A stretch of 64,000 nt of DNA, taken from the NCBI GenBank assembly GCA_045803545.1, contig JBJMOW010000004.1, positions 320,001 to 384,000 of the forward strand, given 5' to 3'. Below are positions 9,278 through 18,653 of this stretch, in pieces. The translations under genes and the position numbers were made by a program. The notes beneath the pieces were generated by a model, which ran no database searches, had not been told where the DNA came from, and saw only the letters and a list, made by a program, of their open reading frames with translations. This DNA is from Gemmatimonadaceae bacterium. Lineage in GTDB: Bacteria; Gemmatimonadota; Gemmatimonadetes; Gemmatimonadales; Gemmatimonadaceae. The number at the start of each line of letters is the position of its first letter. The first letter of the stretch is position 1.

Positions 9278-10276
9278 CTAGCCAACTGCGAGTCTTACGA
9301 TCCGCTCACAGAGCTCCGGAAACCCGATTCCCATCGCGGCGGCTCCCTGCGGTATCAGACTCAGCTCCGTCATTCCGGGCAACGTGTTCGCCTCCAGACA
9401 ATAAAACTCGCCTTCGCTGGTGAGTCTAAAGTCTATGCGCGCGTATCCGCGAAGCTTGAGCGCCTTGAACGCCGCAACCGCCTGCTGCTGAACTTTTTCG
9501 GTTGCTTCGGGCGAGAGTTTAGCCGGGAATTCTTCGGTAGCCATCCCCGCTGTGTACTTGCATTCGTAGTCATAGATCTCGTGCTTCGGCAGAATTTCTC
9601 CCACTGGTAGCGCGACTTCACCGAGAATCCCGACCGTCAGCTCGCGACCCGGTATGAAACGTTCGATCATGACCTCGTCGTCATACTTGCCCGCTTCCTC
9701 GATCGCCGGCGCTAGATCCTCGCGCTTCTTTACCAGGCTTAGTCCGACAGTAGAACCCTGCTTGGACGGCTTGACCACGACGGGAAGACCAAGGATGCCT
9801 TCGACCTGCTCGGTCGTTACCGGTGACATTAGCCACTCCGCCGTCTTCACTTCTGCTTCTCTGAACAGCTTTTTAGACAAATCCTTGTCCATTGCCAATG
9901 CGCTCGAGAGGTGGCCGCTGCCCGTGTATTTCACATGCGCCATGTCGAGAAGAGCCTGGATAGTCCCATCCTCTCCCTGACCGCCATGAAGCGCCAGAAA
10001 CACGACGTCGGCATCCTTCAATTCCTTCATCGATGTCAGATTTGGCAGGAACGCACCTTCGGCGAACTTCGACAACGACTCGAGCGTAGGTGGCTCGGCT
10101 CCAACCTTTCCGGTCGCGAGCGAGCGCTCCTCCGCAGAGCTGATTACACCTTTCGCGGGGTCGAGCGGGGTTACCGTGTGGCCCCGGCTGCGCAGACCTT
10201 CGATAATTCTTATTCCTGAAGCGAGGGACACGTTTCGCTCAGAGGAGGTGCCCCCCATTAGAACCGTAATTTTCAT
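9278..10276 (-). CDS. ddl: D-alanine--D-alanine ligase
   Basis: GGTSSERNVSLASG, LHGGQGEDG, GSTVG, YDYECKY, LEANTLPGMT. Confidence 0.96.
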   Translation of the reverse strand: MKITVLMGGTSSERNVSLASGIRIIEGLRSRGHTVTPLDPAKGVISSAEERSLATGKVGAEPPTLESLSKFAEGAFLPNLTSMKELKDADVVFLALHGGQGEDGTIQALLDMAHVKYTGSGHLSSALAMDKDLSKKLFREAEVKTAEWLMSPVTTEQVEGILGLPVVVKPSKQGSTVGLSLVKKREDLAPAIEEAGKYDDEVMIERFIPGRELTVGILGEVALPVGEILPKHEIYDYECKYTAGMATEEFPAKLSPEATEKVQQQAVAAFKALKLRGYARIDFRLTSEGEFYCLEANTLPGMTELSLIPQGAAAMGIGFPELCERIVRLAVG

Positions 10277-10291
10277 TCGATTGATTGACCG

Positions 10292-11686
10292 TTAGCGCGA
10301 CATCATGAAGTGAAGCATATCCGATCGAGTGACGATCCCCTGAACCACACCGTGCTCCTGCACCAGGACCGCGGGGTTTGCCTTTGATAGCAGCTTGACG
10401 ACGCTATCCACTGGCTGATCGGACGCTACCATCGGGAACGGTGAGTCCATGATCTCGCTGACCGGCGTTTCGAGCAGTTTGGGATTCTCCAGACTTTTTT
10501 GCGACAAAGACCAATCACTGACCGAGCCCACGCAGTTAGGTCCATCCATCACCGGCAGCTGTGACACATCGTGCAACGTCATCAGCCCAATCGCCTGACG
10601 AACCGTTGCCCCCGGCGCTACACTGACCACCGCCGGCGCGCCACCATTCTTTCTGCCGAGTACTGAGTGCAGCGCGACCTTCGGAACATCGAGCATCTGA
10701 TTCTCACGCATCCATTCGTCACTGTACAACTTCGACAGGTACCGTTCACCGGTATCGCAAAGCATGGTGACGATCATTGCGCTCGGATCATCGATCTCCC
10801 GCGCAATCTTGAGTGCAACTGACGTGATCAGGCCCGAGGAGCCACCGACGAACAAACCCTCTTCGCGAGTCAGGCGCCGCGCCACTGCGAACGACTCCTT
10901 GTCGCTCACGGTGTGGTACTCGTCAATCACACTCATGTCGAGCGTGCCCGGCAGTTTGTCCTGGCCGATACCCTCGATCTTGTACGGCACGCCTTCGATC
11001 TTGTTTTTGCCGTTGCTGCGCCAATACTCGGCGAGAATTGACCCAACCGGATCACCAGCAATCACTTTGACTTTCTTGTTTCGCTCCTTCAGATAGCGGC
11101 CGACTCCGGTCAGAGTACCACCGGTTCCCGCCGATCCAACGAAGTGAGTGATCTTGCCGTTGGTTTGCTTCCAAAGCTCGGGGCCCGTGGTCGCATAATG
11201 GGCGTCCGGGTTGGCCTCATTGTAGAACTGGTCCGCCAGGATCGCATTTGGTGTTTCCTTTGCGATTCGTTTCGCCATCATCACGTAGTTATCGGGGTGA
11301 TCAGGCGGTACGGCGGTCGGCGTAACGATCACTTCAGCGCCGAAGGCTTTGAGCAGGCGGACTTTCTCCTGCGACATCTTGTCCGGCATCGTGAAAATGC
11401 ACTTGTAACCACGCAGAGCCGCAGCAATCGCGAGTCCCACGCCCGTATTTCCGCTGGTTCCCTCGACGATCGTGCCGCCCGGTTTGAGCTTCCCCTCACG
11501 CTCTGCGCGCTCGATGATCGGCAGACCAATTCTATCCTTCACTGATCCACCGGGGTTGTAGAACTCTGCCTTGGCGTAGACCGGAGTGCGTATCCCACGC
11601 GTCACCGAGTTCAGCCGAATCAGAGGCGTCCAGCCGATGGTCTCGAGGACGTTGTTGTACGGCTCTTCGTTCCGTTCGTGGTTCAT
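10292..11686 (-). CDS. Cystathionine beta-synthase (PLP domain plus C-terminal CBS pair)
   Basis: NPGGSVKDR, TSGNTG, GTGGT, C-terminal CBS domains. Confidence 0.9.
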   Translation of the reverse strand: MNHERNEEPYNNVLETIGWTPLIRLNSVTRGIRTPVYAKAEFYNPGGSVKDRIGLPIIERAEREGKLKPGGTIVEGTSGNTGVGLAIAAALRGYKCIFTMPDKMSQEKVRLLKAFGAEVIVTPTAVPPDHPDNYVMMAKRIAKETPNAILADQFYNEANPDAHYATTGPELWKQTNGKITHFVGSAGTGGTLTGVGRYLKERNKKVKVIAGDPVGSILAEYWRSNGKNKIEGVPYKIEGIGQDKLPGTLDMSVIDEYHTVSDKESFAVARRLTREEGLFVGGSSGLITSVALKIAREIDDPSAMIVTMLCDTGERYLSKLYSDEWMRENQMLDVPKVALHSVLGRKNGGAPAVVSVAPGATVRQAIGLMTLHDVSQLPVMDGPNCVGSVSDWSLSQKSLENPKLLETPVSEIMDSPFPMVASDQPVDSVVKLLSKANPAVLVQEHGVVQGIVTRSDMLHFMMSR

Positions 11687-12237
11687 CAGCGTCGTGTTCG
11701 CCGCTTGGTGGAAGTGGTCTTGGTCGACTTCGTGGCGGCCGATTTCGTGGTTGACGCTTGGGCGGGGGTATCAGCTTTGGCTGGTGCAATCGCTGCGGGA
11801 GTGCTGCTCGCCGTCGTGTCGCGCTTGATGATCGAGTCACCGGCCAGCGGCGGCGCATCCGGATGTCTGAAGTAGACGGGTAGCAGAATCGATACTGGCA
11901 CTGGCTGACCCTGCGTCTTCGCGGGCTCGAACTTGAGATCGCGCGAGCCTTTCATTGCCGCCGAATCAAGTGCGGTGAAGCCGGAGGTTTCGGCAATTCG
12001 TGTCGAGTCGGGAATGATGCTGCCGTCCCGGTCGATGAAGATGCGGAGCGTCACGTTGCCCTGGACCTTCTGCGCGTACAAGGCGGGAGGATAACGGAAC
12101 GGCAATTCCTTGTTCAACATCACTGGTGCCACATCCGGTTGTCTTCCGACCGTTTGAAAGGGCATGCCGGATCCGTCGCCTTTGCTGCATGCGGCAAGGC
12201 CAATCACCCATAGAGCAGCCAACCTTCTCATCCACAT
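11686..12237 (-). CDS. TonB C-terminal domain protein, predicted lipoprotein
   Basis: YPPALYAQKVQGNVTLRIFID...SG...LDSAA...KFEPA...PVYF; lipobox LAAC. Confidence 0.85.
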   Translation of the reverse strand: MWMRRLAALWVIGLAACSKGDGSGMPFQTVGRQPDVAPVMLNKELPFRYPPALYAQKVQGNVTLRIFIDRDGSIIPDSTRIAETSGFTALDSAAMKGSRDLKFEPAKTQGQPVPVSILLPVYFRHPDAPPLAGDSIIKRDTTASSTPAAIAPAKADTPAQASTTKSAATKSTKTTSTKRRTRR

Positions 12238-12238
12238 C

Positions 12239-14863
12239 TCAGGTAGTTTCTCTTTCACTTTTCGCTTCGTCGACGAGTCGGGAGAGCATTTCCAGAGCCT
12301 GAAGTGGCGTGATCGTGTCAGGCTCCAGACGCTTCAGCTTTTCTATCACAGGATGGATAGCTGCGCCGAAGAGTGCCAGTTGGTCTTCCGTGATATCTGG
12401 CCGGCCTGAAGCGCGCCTTGCTCGCGGCACAATCTGTTCCGCTTCCAGCAGGCGAAGCAATTCCCTCGCTCGCTCGAGTACAGGCGTTGGCAGGCCTGCC
12501 AGGCGGCCGACCTCGATACCGTAGGACCGATCTGCGCCACCCGGCTGCAGCCGGTGCAGGAACAGCACCTGATCCCCAATCTCCCGCACCTGGACATTAT
12601 AGTTGCGAACTGCTCCTAAATTATCGGCCAGCTGCGTAAGCTCATGGTAGTGCGTGGCAAAGATTGTCTTGCAGCCAACGCTGTTGTGCAGGTGCTCGCT
12701 GACAGCCCACGCGATCGAAATACCGTCGTACGTCGAAGTGCCCCGCCCAATTTCATCCAGCAGAACCAGGCTGCGCCGTGATGCCGTATGAAGGATTGCG
12801 CTGGTCTCCGACATTTCCACCATGAACGTCGATTGGCCTCGCACGAGGTTATCACTCGCGCCGACACGAGTGAATAACCGATCGACAACCCCCATGCGTG
12901 CCCGTGTCGCTGGAACGAAGCTGCCAACCTGCGCCATCAACACGATCAGCCCCACTTGGCGCAAGACCGTCGACTTACCGGCCATGTTGGGGCCGGTGAG
13001 GATGATCATCCGGGCGTCTTCGGACAGCGTCGTGTCGTTGGGGATGAACTTCTCGCGCGGCATCATGCGCTCGACCACGGGGTGTCGCCCGCCAAAGATT
13101 TCCAGCGCGAAATCGTCACTGAGCTCGGGGCGGACATATCCTTCCCGGCTCGCAGCTTCGGCGAGCGAAGCAAGTACGTCGAGTTCCGCGATTACGTGCG
13201 CGAGTGTCTGGAGACGTAAGACCTGCGCACCAACCTTCGCCCTCAGGCTCTCAAGGAGCTTACGCTCGCGCTCTTCGATTCTTTCAGCCGCAGTAAGGAC
13301 ACGCTCTTCGTATTCCTTCAGTGAAGGCGTTACATAACGCTCTGCACCCGTCAGCGTTTGCCTGCGCTGATAGTCAGGGGGAATCAGATGCTTGTTGCTG
13401 TTACTGATTTCGATGAAGTATCCGAAGACTTTATTGTAGCCAACCTTCAGCGAGCTGATTCCAGTTCTTGCGCGCTCGTCAGCCTGAATCCGAGCGATGC
13501 CGTCTTTGCCACCGTCGCGCAGTCCACGCCAGTTGTCCAGTTCGCTGTCGATACCAGCCCGAATGGATGGCTCATCACCAATGGTGGCCGGTGGGCGATC
13601 AACGAGGATTTGCTGAATCTCCTTGCAGAGATCGTCGCAGTCGTCCCAGGCGGTCACCTGTCGGGCAAATGCCCAGCGACCATTCGTAGAACGCGGCTGA
13701 GTTCGATCGACCGCTGCCTTAACGTCAGGAACACGACCGAGCGAATCGCCGAGCGCTCTCAGCTCACGCGGTGATGCGCGGCCCGCGGCAGTCTTGCCAG
13801 CGAGCCGCTCGATATCACGCACTCCGTCGAGCCCTTCCCTCAATGCGTCGCGAACAAGGATGTCGCCCAGTGCCGATACCGCATCGAGTCTTTGCTCGAT
13901 CTGAGCCCGTTCAACGAGGGGCGCCAACAACCAGTGCCGAAGCAGCCGGGCACCCATCGGTGTCAATGTTCGATCAAGCACGGCCAGTAGAGTTCCGGAC
14001 ATCTCGCCTCTCATCGAGTCGACGAGCTCGAGATTCCGCCGCGTCATTTCATCGAGCGGCATCACCCCGCCGGGCCGCTCCATCCTCGGGCGACCGAGAT
14101 GTGGTGTCCCCGAAGGCTGTAGATCCCGCAGATAACGCAGTAATGCGCCAGCCGCGCTGATCGCCACGTTGTCCGAGTCTTCGATGCCGAAAGCTTCGAG
14201 AGATCCGACATGGAAATGCTGGAGCAATTGATCTCGCGCCAGTCCGGCGTCGAACTCCCAGGCTTCGCGCTCCGTTACCATCGGGCCTTCTTCGCCGATT
14301 GGACCTTTCAGCGTGCGCCCAAACTCCTCACCCCGCGCGATGATTATTTCACGCGGAGTAAATCGCGCCAGTGCTGCATCGAGATCGTCAGTAGCAACGA
14401 TCGATAGACGCAGCTCGCCAGTCGACAGGTCGGTGCAGCTGACGCCGACGGTATCTCCGGAGCGATGCAGCGCACACAGGTAGTTATTGCGCGCACCGTC
14501 GAGCAGATCGTCGGCGAACGCCGCACCAGGCGTTATGGTCTCGATCACTTCGCGCTTGACGAGCCCCTTCGCCAACTTCGGATCTTCGATCTGTTCACAG
14601 ATTGAGACGCGAAAACCTTGTTGGACCAGGCGTTTCAGATATTCGCCCGCAGCTTTTACTGGTACGCCGGCCAGAGGAACTTCGCTGGCTCCGCCGTTAT
14701 TTCGCGAAGTTAGGGTGAGGCCAAGCGTTCTCGAGGCGACCTCTGCGTCCTCGTAGAACATCTCGTAGAAATCACCCATTCGGAAGAACAAGATCGCGTC
14801 CTGATGCCGCGCCTTGATCTCCCGATATTGCTGCATCAACGGAGTTGATGCGTCCCGACTCAC
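12239..14863 (-). CDS. mutS: DNA mismatch repair protein MutS
   Basis: TPLMQQY, GDFYEMF, TGPNMAGKST, STFMVEM, DEIGRGT; C-terminal clamp motif QLALF. Confidence 0.98.
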   Translation of the reverse strand: MSRDASTPLMQQYREIKARHQDAILFFRMGDFYEMFYEDAEVASRTLGLTLTSRNNGGASEVPLAGVPVKAAGEYLKRLVQQGFRVSICEQIEDPKLAKGLVKREVIETITPGAAFADDLLDGARNNYLCALHRSGDTVGVSCTDLSTGELRLSIVATDDLDAALARFTPREIIIARGEEFGRTLKGPIGEEGPMVTEREAWEFDAGLARDQLLQHFHVGSLEAFGIEDSDNVAISAAGALLRYLRDLQPSGTPHLGRPRMERPGGVMPLDEMTRRNLELVDSMRGEMSGTLLAVLDRTLTPMGARLLRHWLLAPLVERAQIEQRLDAVSALGDILVRDALREGLDGVRDIERLAGKTAAGRASPRELRALGDSLGRVPDVKAAVDRTQPRSTNGRWAFARQVTAWDDCDDLCKEIQQILVDRPPATIGDEPSIRAGIDSELDNWRGLRDGGKDGIARIQADERARTGISSLKVGYNKVFGYFIEISNSNKHLIPPDYQRRQTLTGAERYVTPSLKEYEERVLTAAERIEERERKLLESLRAKVGAQVLRLQTLAHVIAELDVLASLAEAASREGYVRPELSDDFALEIFGGRHPVVERMMPREKFIPNDTTLSEDARMIILTGPNMAGKSTVLRQVGLIVLMAQVGSFVPATRARMGVVDRLFTRVGASDNLVRGQSTFMVEMSETSAILHTASRRSLVLLDEIGRGTSTYDGISIAWAVSEHLHNSVGCKTIFATHYHELTQLADNLGAVRNYNVQVREIGDQVLFLHRLQPGGADRSYGIEVGRLAGLPTPVLERARELLRLLEAEQIVPRARRASGRPDITEDQLALFGAAIHPVIEKLKRLEPDTITPLQALEMLSRLVDEAKSERETT

Positions 14864-16044
14864 CGCTCCGGCGCCCGCACTACAAATCCACTTAGCTGCT
14901 TTGTCTTCATCTCATGTAACTTACTCTCTGCGGCGCGTTCGCTCGCATAACGGCCGACGCGGACACGGAACCAGTCAGGTGATACGTCGACGCGCGCCTC
15001 ATAGCCCCGCTTTTTCAGGCTTTCGGTGAGCTTGTCTGCATCAGCCCGTGTTTTGTACGCTGCGATCTGAACGGAATATTCGGACTTCGCGGTGACGGCC
15101 GCTTTTTTTACTACTGGCTGTGCGGACGAAACACTCGCGGGCGCCGTCATTGGAGCTCTCGCTGGATCCACGATACTCGGCTTCGCATCGTTGGCTTCAG
15201 GCGGTGGCACCGGTCGCTTTGTCCCCACGGGAGGTTTCATTTTCACCGTGGGTTTTGTTTCGACCGGTGGCTTGCTCGGCTCCGCCACTGTGGTCTGTAC
15301 CGGCGGACTTTCTACCGCAGTCTTCGTCTCAACAGCTGCCTGAGTTTGGCCAATTGCCTGCGCGTTGACCCGCCCGGAGTCAGGCGAGGTCGTGGCCGGC
15401 CGCGAAGCGGTAACAGCGGTAACAGCGGTAACAGCGGTAACAGCGGTAACAGCGGTAACAGCGGTAACAGCTGCTGCACTGGGCAATGGGCAACGCTGTC
15501 CCTGATATTGAATCTGGTTTCGAAGTTCTATTTCGGTTGAATCGAGCTTGGCCAGTGCGCTGCCGTTCGCCGCACATCCATTCACAATGTCGTTTTTTTC
15601 GAAAAACACCCGCGCAATCCAGTAGTTCGCCCGTGCAAGCGACTTGCTGCTTGGGTAGTCCCGCGGGATACGCTGCAAATGACCGAGCGCCGCATCACGA
15701 TCGCCGCGGGCGAGCTCGAGCTGAGCCAAACGGAGCAATGCATCGGGCGCTTGCGGTGTCAGCGGATAGTCGACGACGATGTGCTTATAATCGCTCTCGG
15801 CGTCGGCCGCGCTGGCGGCGAGACTTGCGCGCCAGAATAGAGCCTGCGGATACAGCGGCGCTGATGGAGGTGTCGCAGCGATCATAGAATCAATTAGTGC
15901 TCGGCCCGCCGCACCGTTCCCATCACTCACCAACGCCTGCGCCCTGGTGAACACAGGATCGGTCGGACGCGCGCCGGTCTGCGCTGCCAGGCCGGAGCCG
16001 ACGAATATTAGAGCAACACCCGAAAGAATTTTCCATCGAAACAT
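14860..16044 (-). CDS. Exported TPR plus SPOR domain protein
   Basis: Start MFRWK at 16044 with signal peptide; TPR-like helices; Pro/Thr linker; C-terminal SPOR YSVQIAAY...FRVRVGRY. Confidence 0.85.
   Translation of the reverse strand: MFRWKILSGVALIFVGSGLAAQTGARPTDPVFTRAQALVSDGNGAAGRALIDSMIAATPPSAPLYPQALFWRASLAASAADAESDYKHIVVDYPLTPQAPDALLRLAQLELARGDRDAALGHLQRIPRDYPSSKSLARANYWIARVFFEKNDIVNGCAANGSALAKLDSTEIELRNQIQYQGQRCPLPSAAAVTAVTAVTAVTAVTAVTAVTASRPATTSPDSGRVNAQAIGQTQAAVETKTAVESPPVQTTVAEPSKPPVETKPTVKMKPPVGTKRPVPPPEANDAKPSIVDPARAPMTAPASVSSAQPVVKKAAVTAKSEYSVQIAAYKTRADADKLTESLKKRGYEARVDVSPDWFRVRVGRYASERAAESKLHEMKTKQLSGFVVRAPER
15406..15471. repeat. Perfect 9-bp tandem repeat (AGCGGTAAC)x7 encoding (VTA)7
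   Basis: Seven identical units read directly, within the SPOR gene linker. Confidence 0.97.
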
Positions 16045-16060
16045 CTCACTGCTCTCCCAT

Positions 16061-17122
16061 TCACGCTGCGGCGCTGCGCGGCTGCTCTGCGCAAAGACTG
16101 AGCACCAGCGTTGACAGCAATTGTTCTTCTGACGAGACCCGACTCTCCTTGAGTGCGATATCGGTCTCGAGCAGCGAATCGAGCGCTCGGTCGAGCGACT
16201 CGCGACTCCAGCGGTCAGCTGCGCGCGCCCAGACGGCGGTGGCCGATCCCCACGGCCGGCCTGTGAACGCGCCGGTCTCTCGGAGGAGATCGAAATACTC
16301 CTGATTGAGCCGACCCCTCGATAAACCCTCATCGAGTTTTGCCCGCCCCCACGAAATTGCGAGCATCTGTGTCGACAATGCCATGACGACTGAGACAGCC
16401 GTTGTTTTCGGCTGCGCGAGAATATGGGGAATTAGCTCCAGCGCGCGCGCAACGTTCCTCTCCGCCACCGCATCCAGCAGATCAGATTGTGTCTCTCCAC
16501 GCCGCACGCCTACTACGGCACCGACATCATCCTCGGCGATTTCGGCAGACCGACCTGCCACGTAGCTCGCCAGCTTATCCAGCTCACCTGCCAACTGGTA
16601 CAAGTCGTTCCCGACTGCCGCTTGCAGTAGTTCCGACGCACTACTTGTGATCGTGACGCTGTGTGCGGTTATCGCATGATGCGCAATCCACTTCGGGATT
16701 CTATCGCCAGAGAGGGCGTCAAAGGACAGCGAAGTACTCAGACTGGAGAGCGCGTTATCCTCCTTTGCTCCCGCAGACACCTGCATGATCAGAAGTAGAT
16801 CCGGTGCCGCGGACTTGAGATAGCCTTCCAGTACCTTATGCGCGTCTTTCCGCAGACCACCTACATCACGAAGAGCGATCACCCTACGCTCTGCCATCAT
16901 CGGTGGTGTACCGAGCAGAACGCCAAGCGACTCCGGATCTAGCTCACCGGCTCGCCGGATATCAAGATTGAAATCTGCAGCTACAGGATCCAGCGCAGCC
17001 TCGATCAACTGCCTGATCGCATCTTCCTTCTGAAATTCATCCTCGCCGGTGATGTAATACGCATGGTCGAAAGACCTGCTTTTTATTGCATCACGAAGTG
17101 TTTTCAAAGAAGACGGCGGCAT
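16061..17122 (-). CDS. holA: DNA polymerase III subunit delta
   Basis: YYITGEDEF, PPMMAERRVI, GNDLYQLAGELDKL, ETDIALK. Confidence 0.92.
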   Translation of the reverse strand: MPPSSLKTLRDAIKSRSFDHAYYITGEDEFQKEDAIRQLIEAALDPVAADFNLDIRRAGELDPESLGVLLGTPPMMAERRVIALRDVGGLRKDAHKVLEGYLKSAAPDLLLIMQVSAGAKEDNALSSLSTSLSFDALSGDRIPKWIAHHAITAHSVTITSSASELLQAAVGNDLYQLAGELDKLASYVAGRSAEIAEDDVGAVVGVRRGETQSDLLDAVAERNVARALELIPHILAQPKTTAVSVVMALSTQMLAISWGRAKLDEGLSRGRLNQEYFDLLRETGAFTGRPWGSATAVWARAADRWSRESLDRALDSLLETDIALKESRVSSEEQLLSTLVLSLCAEQPRSAAA

Positions 17123-17168
17123 GCCCCAAATATATGAGTGCTAGAGGGGACTGCCGATGCGCGCCTGA

Positions 17169-17702
17169 CTACCGCGTGTAGTTCGTGAGCTCGAGCTTTG
17201 AGTGCGCGAAACGAACTGGGACTTGTTCCGCGAAGAGCGCCACGGGCCAGATGGTTAAGCCGGCGGATACCGAGGCAACGATTGCCGGGGCCGAAGTGGT
17301 GATCGGAGTGAGCTCGGGTTCCGGGACTGTCGCGACCACTGGGGGAAGGAGAATGTCGCGCGGAGCGACCGGCTGGTTGAACAGCGTAGTCCCGATGTAG
17401 CCGAGCATTACTGCGCTTGCGAGGGCAGCCGCGATTGCTCCCCGTCTCATGCTGTGCTGTGTCATCGCCAGCTGATCTTCCTGGCAGCTTTTGAGGCGGG
17501 CTTCGAGTCGCGAGGAGAAATCTGGAGAAGGCTCGATCGACGGAAGATTTCTAAAGAGTAGCAAGGCCCGCCGGATTTTCGCGTCCTGCTTCGCACAGCT
17601 CTCGCATTCAGCGATATGTCGCTGCATGCGAACGAGCTCGATACCGGCGAGCGTATCGTCGACGAAGGCTAGATGCTGCTCACAAAAGTCGCGACAATCC
17701 AT
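17169..17702 (-). CDS. Zinc-binding anti-sigma factor (zf-HC2) with TM helix
   Basis: MDC...HIAECESC motif; directly downstream of ECF sigma. Confidence 0.88.
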   Translation of the reverse strand: MDCRDFCEQHLAFVDDTLAGIELVRMQRHIAECESCAKQDAKIRRALLLFRNLPSIEPSPDFSSRLEARLKSCQEDQLAMTQHSMRRGAIAAALASAVMLGYIGTTLFNQPVAPRDILLPPVVATVPEPELTPITTSAPAIVASVSAGLTIWPVALFAEQVPVRFAHSKLELTNYTR

Positions 17703-17768
17703 GTAGATAGGTTGAGGGTTCGATAACAGGTACCCATTAACATGGGGCCTGTTCCCGAACCGTCAGCC

Positions 17769-18407
17769 CTAATCTACGTATGGTGCAATGATTTCCGCGA
17801 ACGAGTTTCTGGCCCTATTCAGCCGGGACTTAACCGTGCCGAGATTACAATCGGTGATTTCAGCAATCTCTTCGTAAGACTTTCCTTCGAGCTCCCTCAG
17901 GATGAAAACATTTCTGTGATGCTCGGGAAGCTTTGCAACACTCTCTTCGACGATTTCTCTTAGATGGCGCTTCCGATACATGTCGTCGGGACGCGAGGTC
18001 GTGTCTTCGAATTGAAGCGGCCTATCTTCATCCTGCGAATTCTTCTGAACAGTCTGGAAGAGAACCAGCGGATTGCGCGACCGGTTTCTCAGCTCGTTCT
18101 TGGCCAGGTTCGAGGCAATAGTATAGACCCAGGTCGAGAACTTCTTTGACCGGTCGAAGCGATGCAGATGGCGGTACACGCGAATAAAGACTTCCTGTAC
18201 CAGATCTTCCGCTTTTTCACGATCACCGATGGTGCGGTATACGAAGTTGAGGAGTCGTGTCTGATAACGGGTCACCAGCTCCGAGAAGGCACGCTCTTCT
18301 CCACCAAGAAACGCGGTGACGACGGCTGAGTCATCCATCGCCTGCAGGCGTTCCCTGACGGTCGGAACCTCAACCGATACTGCTTGCTTACGGACGATGT
18401 CAGCCAT
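17769..18407 (-). CDS. ECF sigma-70 factor (RpoE/SigW-like)
   Basis: AEDLVQEVF, FSTWVYTIASN, SYEEIAEI...GTVKSRLNRAR; AAGGAG RBS before ATG 18407. Confidence 0.94.
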   Translation of the reverse strand: MADIVRKQAVSVEVPTVRERLQAMDDSAVVTAFLGGEERAFSELVTRYQTRLLNFVYRTIGDREKAEDLVQEVFIRVYRHLHRFDRSKKFSTWVYTIASNLAKNELRNRSRNPLVLFQTVQKNSQDEDRPLQFEDTTSRPDDMYRKRHLREIVEESVAKLPEHHRNVFILRELEGKSYEEIAEITDCNLGTVKSRLNRARNSFAEIIAPYVD

Positions 18408-18491
18408 TCTGCTCTCCTTTATATAAGAGACTACGCACACCACTGATTTGTGCACACATCTCCGAACTGGAACTTTTACGTTTACTATCAG

Positions 18492-18507
18492 TGCACGCCT
18501 TGTGCCC
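18492..18507 (-). promoter_or_regulatory. Candidate sigma54 (-24/-12) promoter upstream of the ECF sigma gene
   Basis: Minus strand GGGCAC-AAGGC-GTGCA has GG-N10-GC spacing and resembles TGGCAC-N5-TTGCA. Confidence 0.45.
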
Positions 18508-18521
18508 GGTCTTCCGCAGGA

Positions 18522-18547
18522 CTAACTCCTTGGCCATCAACAACTTA
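18522..18547. promoter_or_regulatory. IHF-like site, copy 1 of a 26-bp motif
   Basis: CTAACTCCTTGGCCATCAACAACTTA contains ATCAA-N4-TTA; related copy at 51435. Confidence 0.45.
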
Positions 18548-18653
18548 TGGACTTCGACAAAGGCCTGAGCTTGTCCAGATTCCGCCAAGCTGTCCTAATT
18601 ACATGACAGCATTAGCGTCTTTGGATGATTAGACGCCAATTTGGCCTGAAGGG

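Noticed and set aside
15406..15471. Tandem repeat as a CRISPR array, or the alternative-frame (CYR)n / (SGN)n ORFs
   Set aside because: No spacers or cas genes; the other frames are shadows of the VTA repeat.
16045..16332. Long N-terminal extension of the SPOR ORF (similar extensions on M16, kinase, DUF2268-like and parB ORFs)
   Set aside because: Extensions overlap neighbouring genes or lack protein-like character; downstream starts fit RBS, signal peptide or family N-terminus better.
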